Shown here piece after piece: positions 21,908-32,719 of a stretch of 64,000 nucleotides of DNA; the first letter of the stretch is position 1, and each line of letters begins with the position of its first letter. The notes under the pieces were generated by a model, which saw only the letters and a program-made list of their open reading frames with translations, searched no databases and was not told where the DNA came from. The position numbers and the translations under genes were made by a program. The stretch is from Promethearchaeota archaeon (lineage in GTDB: Archaea > Asgardarchaeota > Lokiarchaeia > Sigyniarchaeales > SOKP01), in NCBI GenBank assembly GCA_019058365.1, contig JAHPZE010000004.1, forward strand, positions 96,001-160,000. The letters are read 5' to 3'.

Positions 21908-22918
21908 TCAATCTTCCTCCAACATAAATTCCTCTTCATCCTCCATTTCAAAATCCATCATTGGGGGAAGAGTCTCTGCATTCAGGCCTGAAGTGTAATC
22001 AAATCTTTCTTTCGTAATTTTTTCTAATTTTCTTGTGATAAAATTCAGATCTATACCAACGGGACATACTGATGAGCATGCCCCGCACGCTACACATCTA
22101 CCTGCCAAATGTTGTGCTCTAATTAAGTGAAATGTAAATATGTCTTGGTACTCAGTTGTTTTACCAAACCATATAGGCATATTTTGATCAACAAAACAAA
22201 GATTACAATAGCACACAGGACATGCTTGACGACAACTGTAACAAAGAGTGCATACTTGCAAAATATCTTTAATATAATCCCATTTTTCCCTAGCAGATTT
22301 AGCTTCAAATTCAGCGATATCTGAAAATTCGTCATGTATGGATTCAAGTTCTTTACATTCACCTATACAATTAGCCTCAGTAGCAGAAGGAGATTTTACT
22401 TGACACACCTTACATAGTTCATTAATGTATTGATCATAGGGAAATTTTTTCTCCCAGTCTATCCCTTTTACGATAATATCATCTCCAGATATAGAAACAT
22501 CTAGAATCTCCTTTTCTCCAATTTCCATATCGATTTTACTTCTGTTTACAATTCCGTTGCAATTAAACCCTATCATCTTTATATTATCCAGATCTACTTG
22601 TTTCTCTACAGCTAAAAGATTTATTGCCCGACCAACACAACCTTTAGCAACAATTCCGATTCTCAAAGACTTTCCTTCTGAATCACAAAGTTGTGGCATT
22701 AAAGGGGCTAAATATCTAGCTAAATTCATATAACATAAGTTATTCCAAATTAATTTATCTACATCTTCTTCTTTTCTGATAATAATTGGTATAGAACTTA
22801 AGGGTATAGTACCTTGAGAATAACCAATTACTACATCAACTTGATTTTCGCTAAGCAACTTTTTAGCATTTTCTCTTATTGAACTTGTAATTTCCTTATT
22901 ATCTGTTTCGATTCCCAT
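21908..22918 (-). CDS. 4Fe-4S protein, FlxC-like
   Basis: CTLCYSCRQACPVCYC and HLAGRCVACGAC motifs. Confidence 0.85.
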   Translation of the reverse strand: MGIETDNKEITSSIRENAKKLLSENQVDVVIGYSQGTIPLSSIPIIIRKEEDVDKLIWNNLCYMNLARYLAPLMPQLCDSEGKSLRIGIVAKGCVGRAINLLAVEKQVDLDNIKMIGFNCNGIVNRSKIDMEIGEKEILDVSISGDDIIVKGIDWEKKFPYDQYINELCKVCQVKSPSATEANCIGECKELESIHDEFSDIAEFEAKSAREKWDYIKDILQVCTLCYSCRQACPVCYCNLCFVDQNMPIWFGKTTEYQDIFTFHLIRAQHLAGRCVACGACSSVCPVGIDLNFITRKLEKITKERFDYTSGLNAETLPPMMDFEMEDEEEFMLEED

Positions 22919-22920
22919 TC

Positions 22921-23373
22921 TTAACACCACTCCTTTTGAAATTTAGTATTTGGTCCTAATGCTTTAACAATTTTCGTCGCTTTCCTAACCAACACAGCAA
23001 AGCGTTCACCCTCCGCGGCAGAAGCCCACATAAATTGAACTCTCCCGGGTTCAATCCCAAAAAATTCTAAGAGTTCTTTTAATATTGCAAAACGCCTTCG
23101 AGCAACTAAATTACCGCTGATATAATGACAATCTCCCGGGTGGCAACCACTCACTAAAATTCCATCCCATCCATCAATCAGACTTTTTACTATGAAATAG
23201 GGATTGACGCGTCCGCTACACGGGACACGAACGATTCTTATGTTAGGCGGATACTGAATTCTACTCACGCCCGCTAGATCTGCGCCCGCGTAAGAACACC
23301 AATTACATAAAAACGCAATGATCTTTGGCTCCCAATCCTTCTCACTTTTCTTTTCCAAAACTGTTTCAGTCAT
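22921..23373 (-). CDS. mvhD: MvhD/FlxD 2Fe-2S subunit
   Basis: FLCNWCSYAGADLAG, CSGRV, GCHPGDCHY. Confidence 0.93.
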   Translation of the reverse strand: MTETVLEKKSEKDWEPKIIAFLCNWCSYAGADLAGVSRIQYPPNIRIVRVPCSGRVNPYFIVKSLIDGWDGILVSGCHPGDCHYISGNLVARRRFAILKELLEFFGIEPGRVQFMWASAAEGERFAVLVRKATKIVKALGPNTKFQKEWC

Positions 23374-23395
23374 TTTTTTTAACCTAAATTTTTTT

Positions 23396-26300
23396 TTAGC
23401 CAATGCGGCCAGTTATCATAGCATATATTTGTTCGGCTGTAAAGCCTAATATATCGATTGCACTACATCGACAATTCCCACTACAAGCTCCGCACCCTTT
23501 ACATAAAGCTTGATTAATTGATGCTACTAATCCAAATCTTCTATCTTCAATTAGCTCTATTGCATTGTACGCACAATTCTCTACACACATACCGCATCCT
23601 ATACAACGAGCCATATCAATTACTGCTGTTTTACCTTCTGCTTCAATTTCTTCTTTAGAAAGAATTGTACATGCTCTTGAAACAGCAGCATTAGCTTGTG
23701 AAATTGAGTCTTCAATAGTTTTCGGACAGTGAGCTAATCCCGCAACGAATATTCCTTCTGTAGCGAAGTCTACTGGACGAAGCTTAACATGGGCTTCTAA
23801 ATAAAAATTATCATCATTTAAAGGTACTTTTAGCATTTTAGCAAGTTCTTCATTTTCCTCGTAAGATGCAACAATTCCAGCACTTAATACTAATAAATCT
23901 GCGGGGATTGATAAGTTTCCCGCTTTTGTAGTTGTAACTTTTACATTTAATGAAGAATCCTCAGTAATAATTTCTGGAGGATTATTTTCATCATATCGAA
24001 GGAAAATGACACCTTCTTCTCTTGCTTTTCTATAATATATTTCTTTAAATCCATAAGTTCTAATATCTCGAAATAGAATAGTAACTTCAGTTGATGGATT
24101 TAATTTCTTGACGAGTAAGGCATTTTTTATAGCTTCTGCGCAACACATTTTACTACAATAAGGATGTTCATCGTTTCTTGAGCCAACACATTGAATCATA
24201 ACAACTGACTTTTTATTCTTAATAACGCTATCTGTGTTTAGCATCTCTTCAAACTCTGATTGTAAAATTACATTTTTATTTTGACCATAGAGAAATTCTT
24301 TTGGTTTATATTCATTAGCCCCTGTAGCTACAATAACAACTCCATGATCAAATTCTGCTCTTTCTTTTTTCGAACCATGCATAACTGAAGTTTTAAAGTT
24401 ACCTATATATCCATCTAAACTTTCTATTTCAGCATTAGTATAAACGTGAATAAATTTATTAGACTTAACTTGATCTATTAGATCTTTTAAATAAGCTTGA
24501 ACATCTCCTCCTTCAAGGGTATGATAAATATGTTTGGCAAAACCTCCTAATTCTGTTTCTTTTTCAACTAAGTGAGTTTCGATTTCTTGGTTTGCTAAAT
24601 TAAGAGCAGCAACCATACCACTTATTCCTCCACCAATTACCATTGCCTTTTTTGTTACTCCTAACTTTATTCTATCAATTGGAGCGATTCTTCTTGCCTT
24701 ATTCACAGCCATCCTCACAAGGTCTTTTGCCTTTTGAGTAGCCTCCTCAGGTTGTTTCATATGAACCCAACTACACTGATCGCGAATATTCGCCATTTGA
24801 AATAAATATCTATTCAACCCTGCTTCTCTAATTGTCTCTTGAAATAAGGGTTCATGAGTTCTAGGAGTGCATGATGCTACAATAACTCGATTAAGATGAA
24901 ATTCTTCTATTTTTTCTTTTATTATTCCTTGAGTATCAGCAGAACATGTATATAAGTTACGATCTGACATAACAACATTTGGGAGCGTTTTTGCATATCT
25001 AGTTACTTCTGGAACATCCACATATCCCCCTATATTAATTCCGCAGTGACAAATAAATACACCAATTCTAGGGGGTTGTCCTGCTACGAAAATTTCTGGA
25101 GGTAATGTTTTTTCTGTAATTAAGGTTCCTCTCTTTTCATATAATATTTGATGAACACATCCAGCTGCCGCACTTGCTTGAGTTACTGTCTCAGGGATAT
25201 CTTTTGGTTGAGAAAAAGCACCACATGCAAAGATACCGGTTCTTGAGGTTTGTACTGGATTAAAAACATCCGTTTTAGCAAATCCAAATTCGTTTAATTC
25301 AATACCAAATTTCTCAGCAAGATATTTTGCATCATTTGGTGGATTTAATCCGACACCAAGGACAACCATGTTATATTTTTCTTCAATCACTTTCCCATCC
25401 TCAGTTTCATAATGGAGTATTAAATCTCTTGTCTCAGGAACTTCGGTAACCGAAGAAATTCGGCTTCTAATATACCGGACACCGTATTCTCCTTGAGCCC
25501 TAATAATATATTTATCAAAATCTTTTCCATAAGCTCTTATATCCATACTGAAAATGGTAGGTTTTACTTCATGTTGATGCTCATGAGCAATCACAGCTTC
25601 TTTTGCTGTATACATGCAACACACAGAAGAACAATACGGTTGCCCCTCTCCCGTATAATCTCGAGATCCAATACATTGAAGGAAAGCAACTTTTTCTGGA
25701 ATATCGCCATTAGAAGGTCTGAGTACTCTTCCAGTATATGGTCCACTCGCGCTTAATATACGTTCAAACTCTATACTCGTGACTACATTTTTATATATTC
25801 CATAACCATATTTGTTTGCTTCTCGAGGGACAAATTCATCAAATCCAGGAGCCAGAACTATTGCCCCTACATTAATATCTACTTCTTCATCCTCTCGTTC
25901 ATATTCTACTGCTTTTGCTTTGCAAACCCCAGCACACACTCCACATCCAATGCACATATCTTTATTGATTGCATAAACGAGTGGAACAGCTTGAGGATAT
26001 TTTACAGAAGTAGCATGATATTTAGCTAATCCTTCATTAAATACATCAATTGCTTCTACTGGACAATTTCGACCACACACACCACATCCAGTACATATAT
26101 TTGGATTTATATATAAAGATTTTTTTTTTACTTTAACTGTGAAATTGCCTGCTTCTCCTGAAACATCTAAAATCTCACAATTAATACTTAAATCAATATT
26201 CTGATGTCTGCCGGTCTCGACTAGCTTAGGGCTGACTATACACATCGCACAGTCATTTGTGGGAAAAGTTTTATCCAATTGGGCCATTACGCCACCTATA

Positions 26301-26413
26301 CTTGTTGACGACTCAATCAAGTAAACTTTATAACCCGAATCACCTAAATCTAGCGCTGCTTGAGAACCTCCAATACCAGCGCCAACAACCATTACTGCTC
26401 CAACTTTTTCCAT
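23396..26413 (-). CDS. hdrA: heterodisulfide reductase subunit A, tandem (fused) form
   Basis: LDKTFPTNDC, QCIGSR, GVFICHCG, ASCTPRTHE, EAHVKLRPV. Confidence 0.93.
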   Translation of the reverse strand: MEKVGAVMVVGAGIGGSQAALDLGDSGYKVYLIESSTSIGGVMAQLDKTFPTNDCAMCIVSPKLVETGRHQNIDLSINCEILDVSGEAGNFTVKVKKKSLYINPNICTGCGVCGRNCPVEAIDVFNEGLAKYHATSVKYPQAVPLVYAINKDMCIGCGVCAGVCKAKAVEYEREDEEVDINVGAIVLAPGFDEFVPREANKYGYGIYKNVVTSIEFERILSASGPYTGRVLRPSNGDIPEKVAFLQCIGSRDYTGEGQPYCSSVCCMYTAKEAVIAHEHQHEVKPTIFSMDIRAYGKDFDKYIIRAQGEYGVRYIRSRISSVTEVPETRDLILHYETEDGKVIEEKYNMVVLGVGLNPPNDAKYLAEKFGIELNEFGFAKTDVFNPVQTSRTGIFACGAFSQPKDIPETVTQASAAAGCVHQILYEKRGTLITEKTLPPEIFVAGQPPRIGVFICHCGINIGGYVDVPEVTRYAKTLPNVVMSDRNLYTCSADTQGIIKEKIEEFHLNRVIVASCTPRTHEPLFQETIREAGLNRYLFQMANIRDQCSWVHMKQPEEATQKAKDLVRMAVNKARRIAPIDRIKLGVTKKAMVIGGGISGMVAALNLANQEIETHLVEKETELGGFAKHIYHTLEGGDVQAYLKDLIDQVKSNKFIHVYTNAEIESLDGYIGNFKTSVMHGSKKERAEFDHGVVIVATGANEYKPKEFLYGQNKNVILQSEFEEMLNTDSVIKNKKSVVMIQCVGSRNDEHPYCSKMCCAEAIKNALLVKKLNPSTEVTILFRDIRTYGFKEIYYRKAREEGVIFLRYDENNPPEIITEDSSLNVKVTTTKAGNLSIPADLLVLSAGIVASYEENEELAKMLKVPLNDDNFYLEAHVKLRPVDFATEGIFVAGLAHCPKTIEDSISQANAAVSRACTILSKEEIEAEGKTAVIDMARCIGCGMCVENCAYNAIELIEDRRFGLVASINQALCKGCGACSGNCRCSAIDILGFTAEQIYAMITGRIG

Positions 26414-26426
26414 CTTTTTATCTCCT

Positions 26427-27188
26427 CTACAGTTTGTAAAATGTTGGTGTAATTCCTGATAATTCTCCGAAGTCGACTTGACCTCGACTTTTTAAAGTCA
26501 CTATATGTTCTAAAACTATACTTGGGTCTATCTTTAATTCTTTTGCTAAGTCTTTTACAGACATAGATTCTTTTTCTAATGAAACTAAAATTCTATGTCG
26601 ATTATATTCATCTCTTATTGCTGAATCAAAAATCTCATTAAATCTATCAAGTGATATAGTTTCTCCGTATACATTTTCTTGTTCTGTAATTTTTCGTTCT
26701 CTTCCAACAAGTGCTCTCATTCTATCACTTCCTGCAGCATCTTCAATAGCTTTTAATTTTTCAAGAATTTCATCATCTGGATTATCTCCACCCGCTGGAG
26801 ATGGACCAAGTGTCTTAATTTGATCTGTAAATTCTGTAATAACTTGAGCATATCTAGCACCTTCTGAAGCAGATACCCAATCCAATCTTATTCTATCCTC
26901 AAAACCAATCAGTGTTAGGAATCTTTTAACCATATCAAATTTCTTCTCTGCCTCGTAATTTCCTTCAAGATAATGACAGTCTCCTAAATGACACCCTAAA
27001 ACTATTACACCATCAGCTCCAACTCGGAGCGCTTCAAAAATAAATTTTGGGTCTATTCGACCACTACACATAACTCTTATAACTCGTATATTTGGGGGGT
27101 ATTGCATTCTGCTAACTCCCGCTAAATCTGCTCCCGCATAAGAACACCAATTACATAAAAATCCTAAAATTTTCGGTTCAAAACCCAT
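26427..27188 (-). CDS. mvhD: MvhD with C-terminal winged-helix extension
   Basis: MvhD motifs plus MSVKDLAKELKIDPSIVLEHIVTL; ATG at 27188 follows GGAGG. Confidence 0.9.
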   Translation of the reverse strand: MGFEPKILGFLCNWCSYAGADLAGVSRMQYPPNIRVIRVMCSGRIDPKFIFEALRVGADGVIVLGCHLGDCHYLEGNYEAEKKFDMVKRFLTLIGFEDRIRLDWVSASEGARYAQVITEFTDQIKTLGPSPAGGDNPDDEILEKLKAIEDAAGSDRMRALVGRERKITEQENVYGETISLDRFNEIFDSAIRDEYNRHRILVSLEKESMSVKDLAKELKIDPSIVLEHIVTLKSRGQVDFGELSGITPTFYKL

Positions 27189-27192
27189 GATA

Positions 27193-28875
27193 TTAACTAC
27201 CTCCAAATGCATATATTTCAGATAATATTTGCTCATCTGTAAAATGCCTTATTATTATAGCGTGATTAGTACAAGTCGCTCCGCAAACACCACATCCCTT
27301 GCAAAGAACTTGAGTTATTTCAATCTCGTCATCTTCATTCTTACTTATAGCTTTATATGGACATACTGTTATACAGACTTCACATCCAGTACATAAATTC
27401 TTATTATATTCAGGTAGAAACGATGTTGCACCCTCTACTTCTATAGTATCGTGAGATATAATTGTACTTGCCCTTGCTGCTGCCGCATAACCTTGAGTTA
27501 TGGATTCTGTAATATCTACTGGCCATTTTGCTGCTCCACATAAAAAAATTCCATCTGTAGCGAAATCCATAGGGCGAAGTTTCACATGAGCTTCTAAAAA
27601 GAATTTATTCTCTTCTAATGGAACTTTTAGCATTTGAGCTAATTCTTTATTATCATCATTGGCGATTAATGGTGTTGATAAAACAAGGAGATCATAAGGA
27701 ATACTCATTTCATCTCCTATATATTCATTAAATACTTTAATTACATCCTCTTCTACAATTGGTTCTTTTTCGAGTTTGTAGCTAATAAAGACTACTCCTG
27801 CTTCCCTTGCTCTTCTATAATATTCTTCATAATATGTTCCAGGAGTATATAAATCTCTAAACAATATTGTTATATTCGCTGAGGGATTTTTTTCTTTTAT
27901 GATTAAGGAATTCTTTAAAGCAGTCATACAACATACATTTGAACAGTAACCTCTCTCTTCATTACGAGCTCCTACACATTGTATCATTACAATATTCTGA
28001 GCATTTACATCAATATTTCTTAATTTGCTTTCTAATTCATATTGAGTAATTCTTATTTTACCATCATAACCAAATTTTCCAATGGGGGTTAGTAGAGAGG
28101 CACCAACAGCAACTATAATAATACCTATAGTCAAATCAGTACTTTTGCCATTTTGCTCAACTTCAATCTCATAATTACCTACAAAGCCTTCAATATTCTT
28201 TACTTTTGCTGAAGTATAAACAGTTAAATTAGGATTACTTTCAATCCTTTTCTTTAAGCTTTCTAGAAGTTCAGAGGCATCTTGATTTGTAGGGAATAAC
28301 TTATTAATGATATTCAACTTGCCACCTAATTCATTTGCTTTTTCTACTAAATGCGTTTCAAATCCCTGATTTGCTAAACTAAGAGCGGCAGTCATTCCTG
28401 AAACACCTCCACCAATCACTAGTGCGGTAGATGTTGCTTTCACTGTAATGTTTTCTAGTGCTTCAAGTTTCGATGCTTTTGCTACACCCATACGAATTAC
28501 GTCTTTAGCTTTTTCAAATGCTTCTACTGGATATTTCTGGTGAACCCACGTGTCTTGATCACGAATATTGACGAACTCAAATAAATACTCATTGACCCCT
28601 TCTTCTTTGATGCAATCACGGAATAGAGGTTCATGAGTCCTCGGAGTGCATGAAGCGACAACAACTCGATTCAGATTATGTTCTTTAATCCCCTTTTTTA
28701 TCTGAGCTAATCCTGTTTCTGAACACGTATATAAATTATCTTCAGTAAATACAACATTGGGTAAAGATTTAGCATATTTTGCTACTTCTTTAACATCTAT
28801 AAGACCTCCGATGTTTGAGCCACATGAACAAACAAAAACTCCGATTCGGACTTCATCCTTTTCTTTTTCAGCCAT
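27193..28875 (-). CDS. hdrA: heterodisulfide reductase subunit A (second half-module)
   Basis: GVFVCSCG, ASCTPRTHE, GGGVSG, EAHVKLRPM. Confidence 0.92.
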   Translation of the reverse strand: MAEKEKDEVRIGVFVCSCGSNIGGLIDVKEVAKYAKSLPNVVFTEDNLYTCSETGLAQIKKGIKEHNLNRVVVASCTPRTHEPLFRDCIKEEGVNEYLFEFVNIRDQDTWVHQKYPVEAFEKAKDVIRMGVAKASKLEALENITVKATSTALVIGGGVSGMTAALSLANQGFETHLVEKANELGGKLNIINKLFPTNQDASELLESLKKRIESNPNLTVYTSAKVKNIEGFVGNYEIEVEQNGKSTDLTIGIIIVAVGASLLTPIGKFGYDGKIRITQYELESKLRNIDVNAQNIVMIQCVGARNEERGYCSNVCCMTALKNSLIIKEKNPSANITILFRDLYTPGTYYEEYYRRAREAGVVFISYKLEKEPIVEEDVIKVFNEYIGDEMSIPYDLLVLSTPLIANDDNKELAQMLKVPLEENKFFLEAHVKLRPMDFATDGIFLCGAAKWPVDITESITQGYAAAARASTIISHDTIEVEGATSFLPEYNKNLCTGCEVCITVCPYKAISKNEDDEIEITQVLCKGCGVCGATCTNHAIIIRHFTDEQILSEIYAFGGS

Positions 28876-28876
28876 A

Positions 28877-30187
28877 CTATCTACAACCTCCTTTAATCAC
28901 TTCTGCTGCTCTTGCTGCTGTCCCACTTGCTTCAGCAACCGAGCGAGGTATATCCATTGGTTCACGAGCACAACCACATGTGAAAATACCTTCTACACTC
29001 GTTTCTACCGGAAAAAATGGATCAGTTTTTATAAAATTATATTTATTTAATTCAATTCCTAATACATCTGCTAATCTCTCAATCCCTTGTGAAGGAATAA
29101 TGCATGTTGCTAAAACTGCTAAATCTACTTTCATTTGTTTTATTTCTGATGTATTAAGATCTTCATAAGTAATAATAGGACTTTCATCCTCATCTACATC
29201 AATATGTGAAACTTTACTTTTAATATATTTGATATTATATTCATCCTCTCCTCTATGGAGAAAAGATTGAAACCCTTTCCCTCCCGCTCTCATATCAATA
29301 TAAAAAGCATATGATTCTAAATCATTATTATGTTCATAGGCTATCATTGCTGCTTTTGTACAATACATGCAGCATATAGAAGAACAGTACTTTTGATCTC
29401 TATCTGAACGTGAACCTATGCATTGTAGAAAAGCAATTTTTTTAGGGTCCACCCCATCAGATAATCTTCTTAAATGCCCTTCGAGTGGACCAGAAGCACA
29501 AATTAACCGTTCAAATTCTAAGGAAGTTACCACATTTCTATATTTCTTATAACCATAATTAGCAAGAGGATTGATATCTTCAAATAACCCATATCCTGGT
29601 GCGACAATTATACAACCAACATTATCAATTTCTAAAATTTCGTCTTTTTGTGTAAAATCAATTGCTTCTGCACCACAATTCGTAGCGCATAATCCACAAA
29701 TTCCATAATTTAGATATACGCATGAATTTTTATCAATAATATAAACAGGAGGAACTGCTGAAGGAAAAGGAATATACACAGCTGCCCTATTTTTCAAGTT
29801 TGCATCAAAATAATTTGGAACACCTCGCACAGGGCAAATTGTAGCACAATCTCCACAATTTGTACAAACATCTTCCTTTACATAACGGGCACGTTTAAGA
29901 ACTTCTACAGTAAAATCTCCACTTGTGCCCTCTATTTTTTGTACTTCTGAAAGAGTATAAAGACTAATATTAGGATGCCTATAACATTCTGATAATTTTG
30001 GTGCTAAAATACAAATTGAACAATCTAACGTGGGAAATGTCTTGTCTAATTGTGCCATTTTTCCTCCAATAACAGGACTTTTTTCTATTAAATGAACTTT
30101 TATTCCCATATCTCCTAAATCTAAAGCTGCTTGAATACCAGCAATACCTGCTCCAATAATAAGAGCACTTTTAGAATTTTTTTCCAA
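28877..30187 (-). CDS. hdrA: heterodisulfide reductase subunit A (first half-module)
   Basis: GAGIAG, LDKTFPTLDC, QCIGSR, YCSSICC. Confidence 0.92.
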   Translation of the reverse strand: MEKNSKSALIIGAGIAGIQAALDLGDMGIKVHLIEKSPVIGGKMAQLDKTFPTLDCSICILAPKLSECYRHPNISLYTLSEVQKIEGTSGDFTVEVLKRARYVKEDVCTNCGDCATICPVRGVPNYFDANLKNRAAVYIPFPSAVPPVYIIDKNSCVYLNYGICGLCATNCGAEAIDFTQKDEILEIDNVGCIIVAPGYGLFEDINPLANYGYKKYRNVVTSLEFERLICASGPLEGHLRRLSDGVDPKKIAFLQCIGSRSDRDQKYCSSICCMYCTKAAMIAYEHNNDLESYAFYIDMRAGGKGFQSFLHRGEDEYNIKYIKSKVSHIDVDEDESPIITYEDLNTSEIKQMKVDLAVLATCIIPSQGIERLADVLGIELNKYNFIKTDPFFPVETSVEGIFTCGCAREPMDIPRSVAEASGTAARAAEVIKGGCR

Positions 30188-30203
30188 TCATATCACCTTT
30201 TAT

Positions 30204-31307
30204 TTATTTCTTCACTTTTAGTGAAGTCATTTTTTTTAACCAATTGATTTTTTTAGGTCGCCATTCTGATATTTGATTTGCTGGAATAATATATCGCTCG
30301 ATATAACCTGTCGCAAGTAAAGAATCTATTAAACTACGTCCCTTCTCAGTTCGAGTAAGTATCATTGAATAACCAGTAGGAGCTCCAGAGGCTCCGATAC
30401 TAAGATCTGAAAATTTCCCTACAAATTCATCACATTCATGACAATGATTCCTTACAGCATCGTCAAGATCTTTAATATTTACTTCTTTAACAGAGTCGTC
30501 TTTTGATGTGACAAAAAAATTCTTCTTAATATTTGTTTTTTTTATCTCTGAAGGATTTATTTGTGATTTTGACTTAAGAGTATCCATTAATTTATCATAA
30601 TCAAAATTTTCAAAACAAAAAAGACCAATTACGATACTTATAACATGTGCAGGTTTAATATTCAAAAGCTTCATCTTACTAATAGCTCTACATTGGCATG
30701 GTGTACCAATAAAAGCAATTCGCAATTGATCGGCATCATAAATACGTTTCTTTTGGGAAATAATATCTTCTGCTATTTGAGTTAAATCTTTTAATGGTAA
30801 AATATTAGATGAAATCGAATATCGAGTTCCTGCTGATCTTACCAATTCATCTTTACTGTATATTATTTTAGGTATTGGTTTATAATTTTCATCATATTCA
30901 GATACAATTGCGGCATCAATGTTATTAGTATCAAACAAATATGTTAAAAGAGTTGATACAATGCCTCCATCTTGTCCAACTTTTTTGATCTGTTCATTAG
31001 TGGTTTTAGCAGCAAAAATATCAATTATATTTCCGATCTCATCTTTAACTAAGTGGATTTCTTTCAATCTATCTAATAAAGGTTCTGTTTGTGGACAAAT
31101 ATAATAGCAATACCCGCATTCTTTACAATTCTCAACACTTTTATCAGTTTTAAACTGGGGGGTATAATTTTTCATCTCAATTACATTGAATGCTTGGTTT
31201 TCACAATATGCTATACAAGCGCCACAAGCACAACATCTATTAACCGAGATTACATCATTTTCCAAATGTTTGAATGTTTTTATATCTGCTAATCCCATTT
31301 CTATCAA
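30204..31307 (-). CDS. second FrhB/FdhB family subunit with N-terminal ferredoxin
   Basis: GQDGGIVS, GTPCQ, GLFCFENF. Confidence 0.9.
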   Translation of the reverse strand: MIEMGLADIKTFKHLENDVISVNRCCACGACIAYCENQAFNVIEMKNYTPQFKTDKSVENCKECGYCYYICPQTEPLLDRLKEIHLVKDEIGNIIDIFAAKTTNEQIKKVGQDGGIVSTLLTYLFDTNNIDAAIVSEYDENYKPIPKIIYSKDELVRSAGTRYSISSNILPLKDLTQIAEDIISQKKRIYDADQLRIAFIGTPCQCRAISKMKLLNIKPAHVISIVIGLFCFENFDYDKLMDTLKSKSQINPSEIKKTNIKKNFFVTSKDDSVKEVNIKDLDDAVRNHCHECDEFVGKFSDLSIGASGAPTGYSMILTRTEKGRSLIDSLLATGYIERYIIPANQISEWRPKKINWLKKMTSLKVKK

Positions 31308-31354
31308 TTCCTATTTTTAAGTTTATAAATTAATATTATAGCTTTGCCTATATT

Positions 31355-32218
31355 TTAAAATCCTTCCAATAATTTTGTAGGTCGAACTCGATGAAAATTC
31401 AATCCTAATTCTTCAGGTTTGAACCCAAATGCGAGGGCTACTAATTCTGAGAGATAAAAAACAGGGAAATCATATGCATTTTCTTTTCCCTTACTCAGCT
31501 CTCGTTGATTAAAATCAAATTGTTGAAAACACGCAGGGCATACAAGACTAACACAATTCGCACCAGCTTCTTGAATTGATTTATATTTGTTATCTATCAT
31601 TTGTAGAGAAATTTCTTTATCTGATTTATCAAGAGGATTTCCACAACATTCCATTTTTAATTCATAATCTATGGAATCTGCTCCTAAAACTCTAACTATT
31701 TCATCAATAGTAATTGGCTCAAAAGGATCATCCCAATTAATAATCTCAGAAGGTCTTAAGTAATGACATCCATAATGAACCGCTACTTTAAATCCATTTA
31801 AAGGATGTACCACATTCTCTCTCACTTTATCAAGATTTTCATAAAGAACTTCGGCAAAATGTTTTACTTTTGTTTTTCCGTCATATTTTTTGCCAATATT
31901 TTTTAAGATTTTGTTTACTTCATTCTTTACTTCAGAATCTTTATTTATATGGTAATTAACTCCTTTAAGAGTTTCAACACATCCAGAACAAAAAGAGATA
32001 ATTCCCCCATTATTATTTGATAAACTTAAATTTCTTGCTCCTAAAGCTAACCATGTCTTATGATCTATAAGTTCTATACCCGTAGGATCAGGACAACAAC
32101 TAAATCCCTCAACATCATTTAATGAAATCCCAAGTTTTTCAAATACTTTCCTTGATGATGCTTCTAAAAATGGTAATCTTGCAGGAATCACACAACCGAG
32201 AAAAAGATCATAACTCAT
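31355..32218 (-). CDS. hdrB: heterodisulfide reductase subunit B
   Basis: Two CCG-type domains (FLGC..SCC; HYGCH..CCG..CPAC). Confidence 0.93.
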   Translation of the reverse strand: MSYDLFLGCVIPARLPFLEASSRKVFEKLGISLNDVEGFSCCPDPTGIELIDHKTWLALGARNLSLSNNNGGIISFCSGCVETLKGVNYHINKDSEVKNEVNKILKNIGKKYDGKTKVKHFAEVLYENLDKVRENVVHPLNGFKVAVHYGCHYLRPSEIINWDDPFEPITIDEIVRVLGADSIDYELKMECCGNPLDKSDKEISLQMIDNKYKSIQEAGANCVSLVCPACFQQFDFNQRELSKGKENAYDFPVFYLSELVALAFGFKPEELGLNFHRVRPTKLLEGF

Positions 32219-32221
32219 TTT

Positions 32222-32719
32222 TTATACCCCCTCCTTAGGAATATGGTTTTCAAAATTAGTAGCTTTTAAAATTTTCTTTATTTCATCAGAGGATGCTGTT
32301 TTTATTGAAGGAAGTCCTAATTTTTCTCTTCTCGTTATAATTGCCTTAGAATAGGGAATTGCTACTCCATTTTCTAAAACTGCTCTCCCCTGTGAAATAA
32401 ATGCTTCAGGAACATTGCCAGTCTTGAAACACTTATTTTTTATTAATGTAAAAATTTCAGTAAGCTCAACCTTTTGAGGACATAGCTCAACACATGTCTG
32501 GCAGGTTGAACAAAGCCAAGGATTAGGATCTTGCTTTTTTATCAACTTATCTTGCAACCCTAAAATCGCTTCTTCTATAATCTTTCTAGGATTATAACCA
32601 CCTTGAGTTATCAGAGCTACGGGGCAACCACCACTACACGTACTACACTGATAGCAGTAGCTTAAAGAAGCATTATGTTTCAATACCTCATTTCGAAACT
32701 CAAAATTTATTACAGACAT
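32222..32719 (-). CDS. hdrC: heterodisulfide reductase subunit C
   Basis: CYQCSTCSGGCP and WLCSTCQTCVELCP. Confidence 0.93.
   Translation of the reverse strand: MSVINFEFRNEVLKHNASLSYCYQCSTCSGGCPVALITQGGYNPRKIIEEAILGLQDKLIKKQDPNPWLCSTCQTCVELCPQKVELTEIFTLIKNKCFKTGNVPEAFISQGRAVLENGVAIPYSKAIITRREKLGLPSIKTASSDEIKKILKATNFENHIPKEGV

Noticed and set aside
22921-30187. Selenocysteine recoding in HdrA/MvhD, known in Lokiarchaeia
   Set aside because: All ORFs are full length with Cys at the relevant motifs; no in-frame TGA is needed
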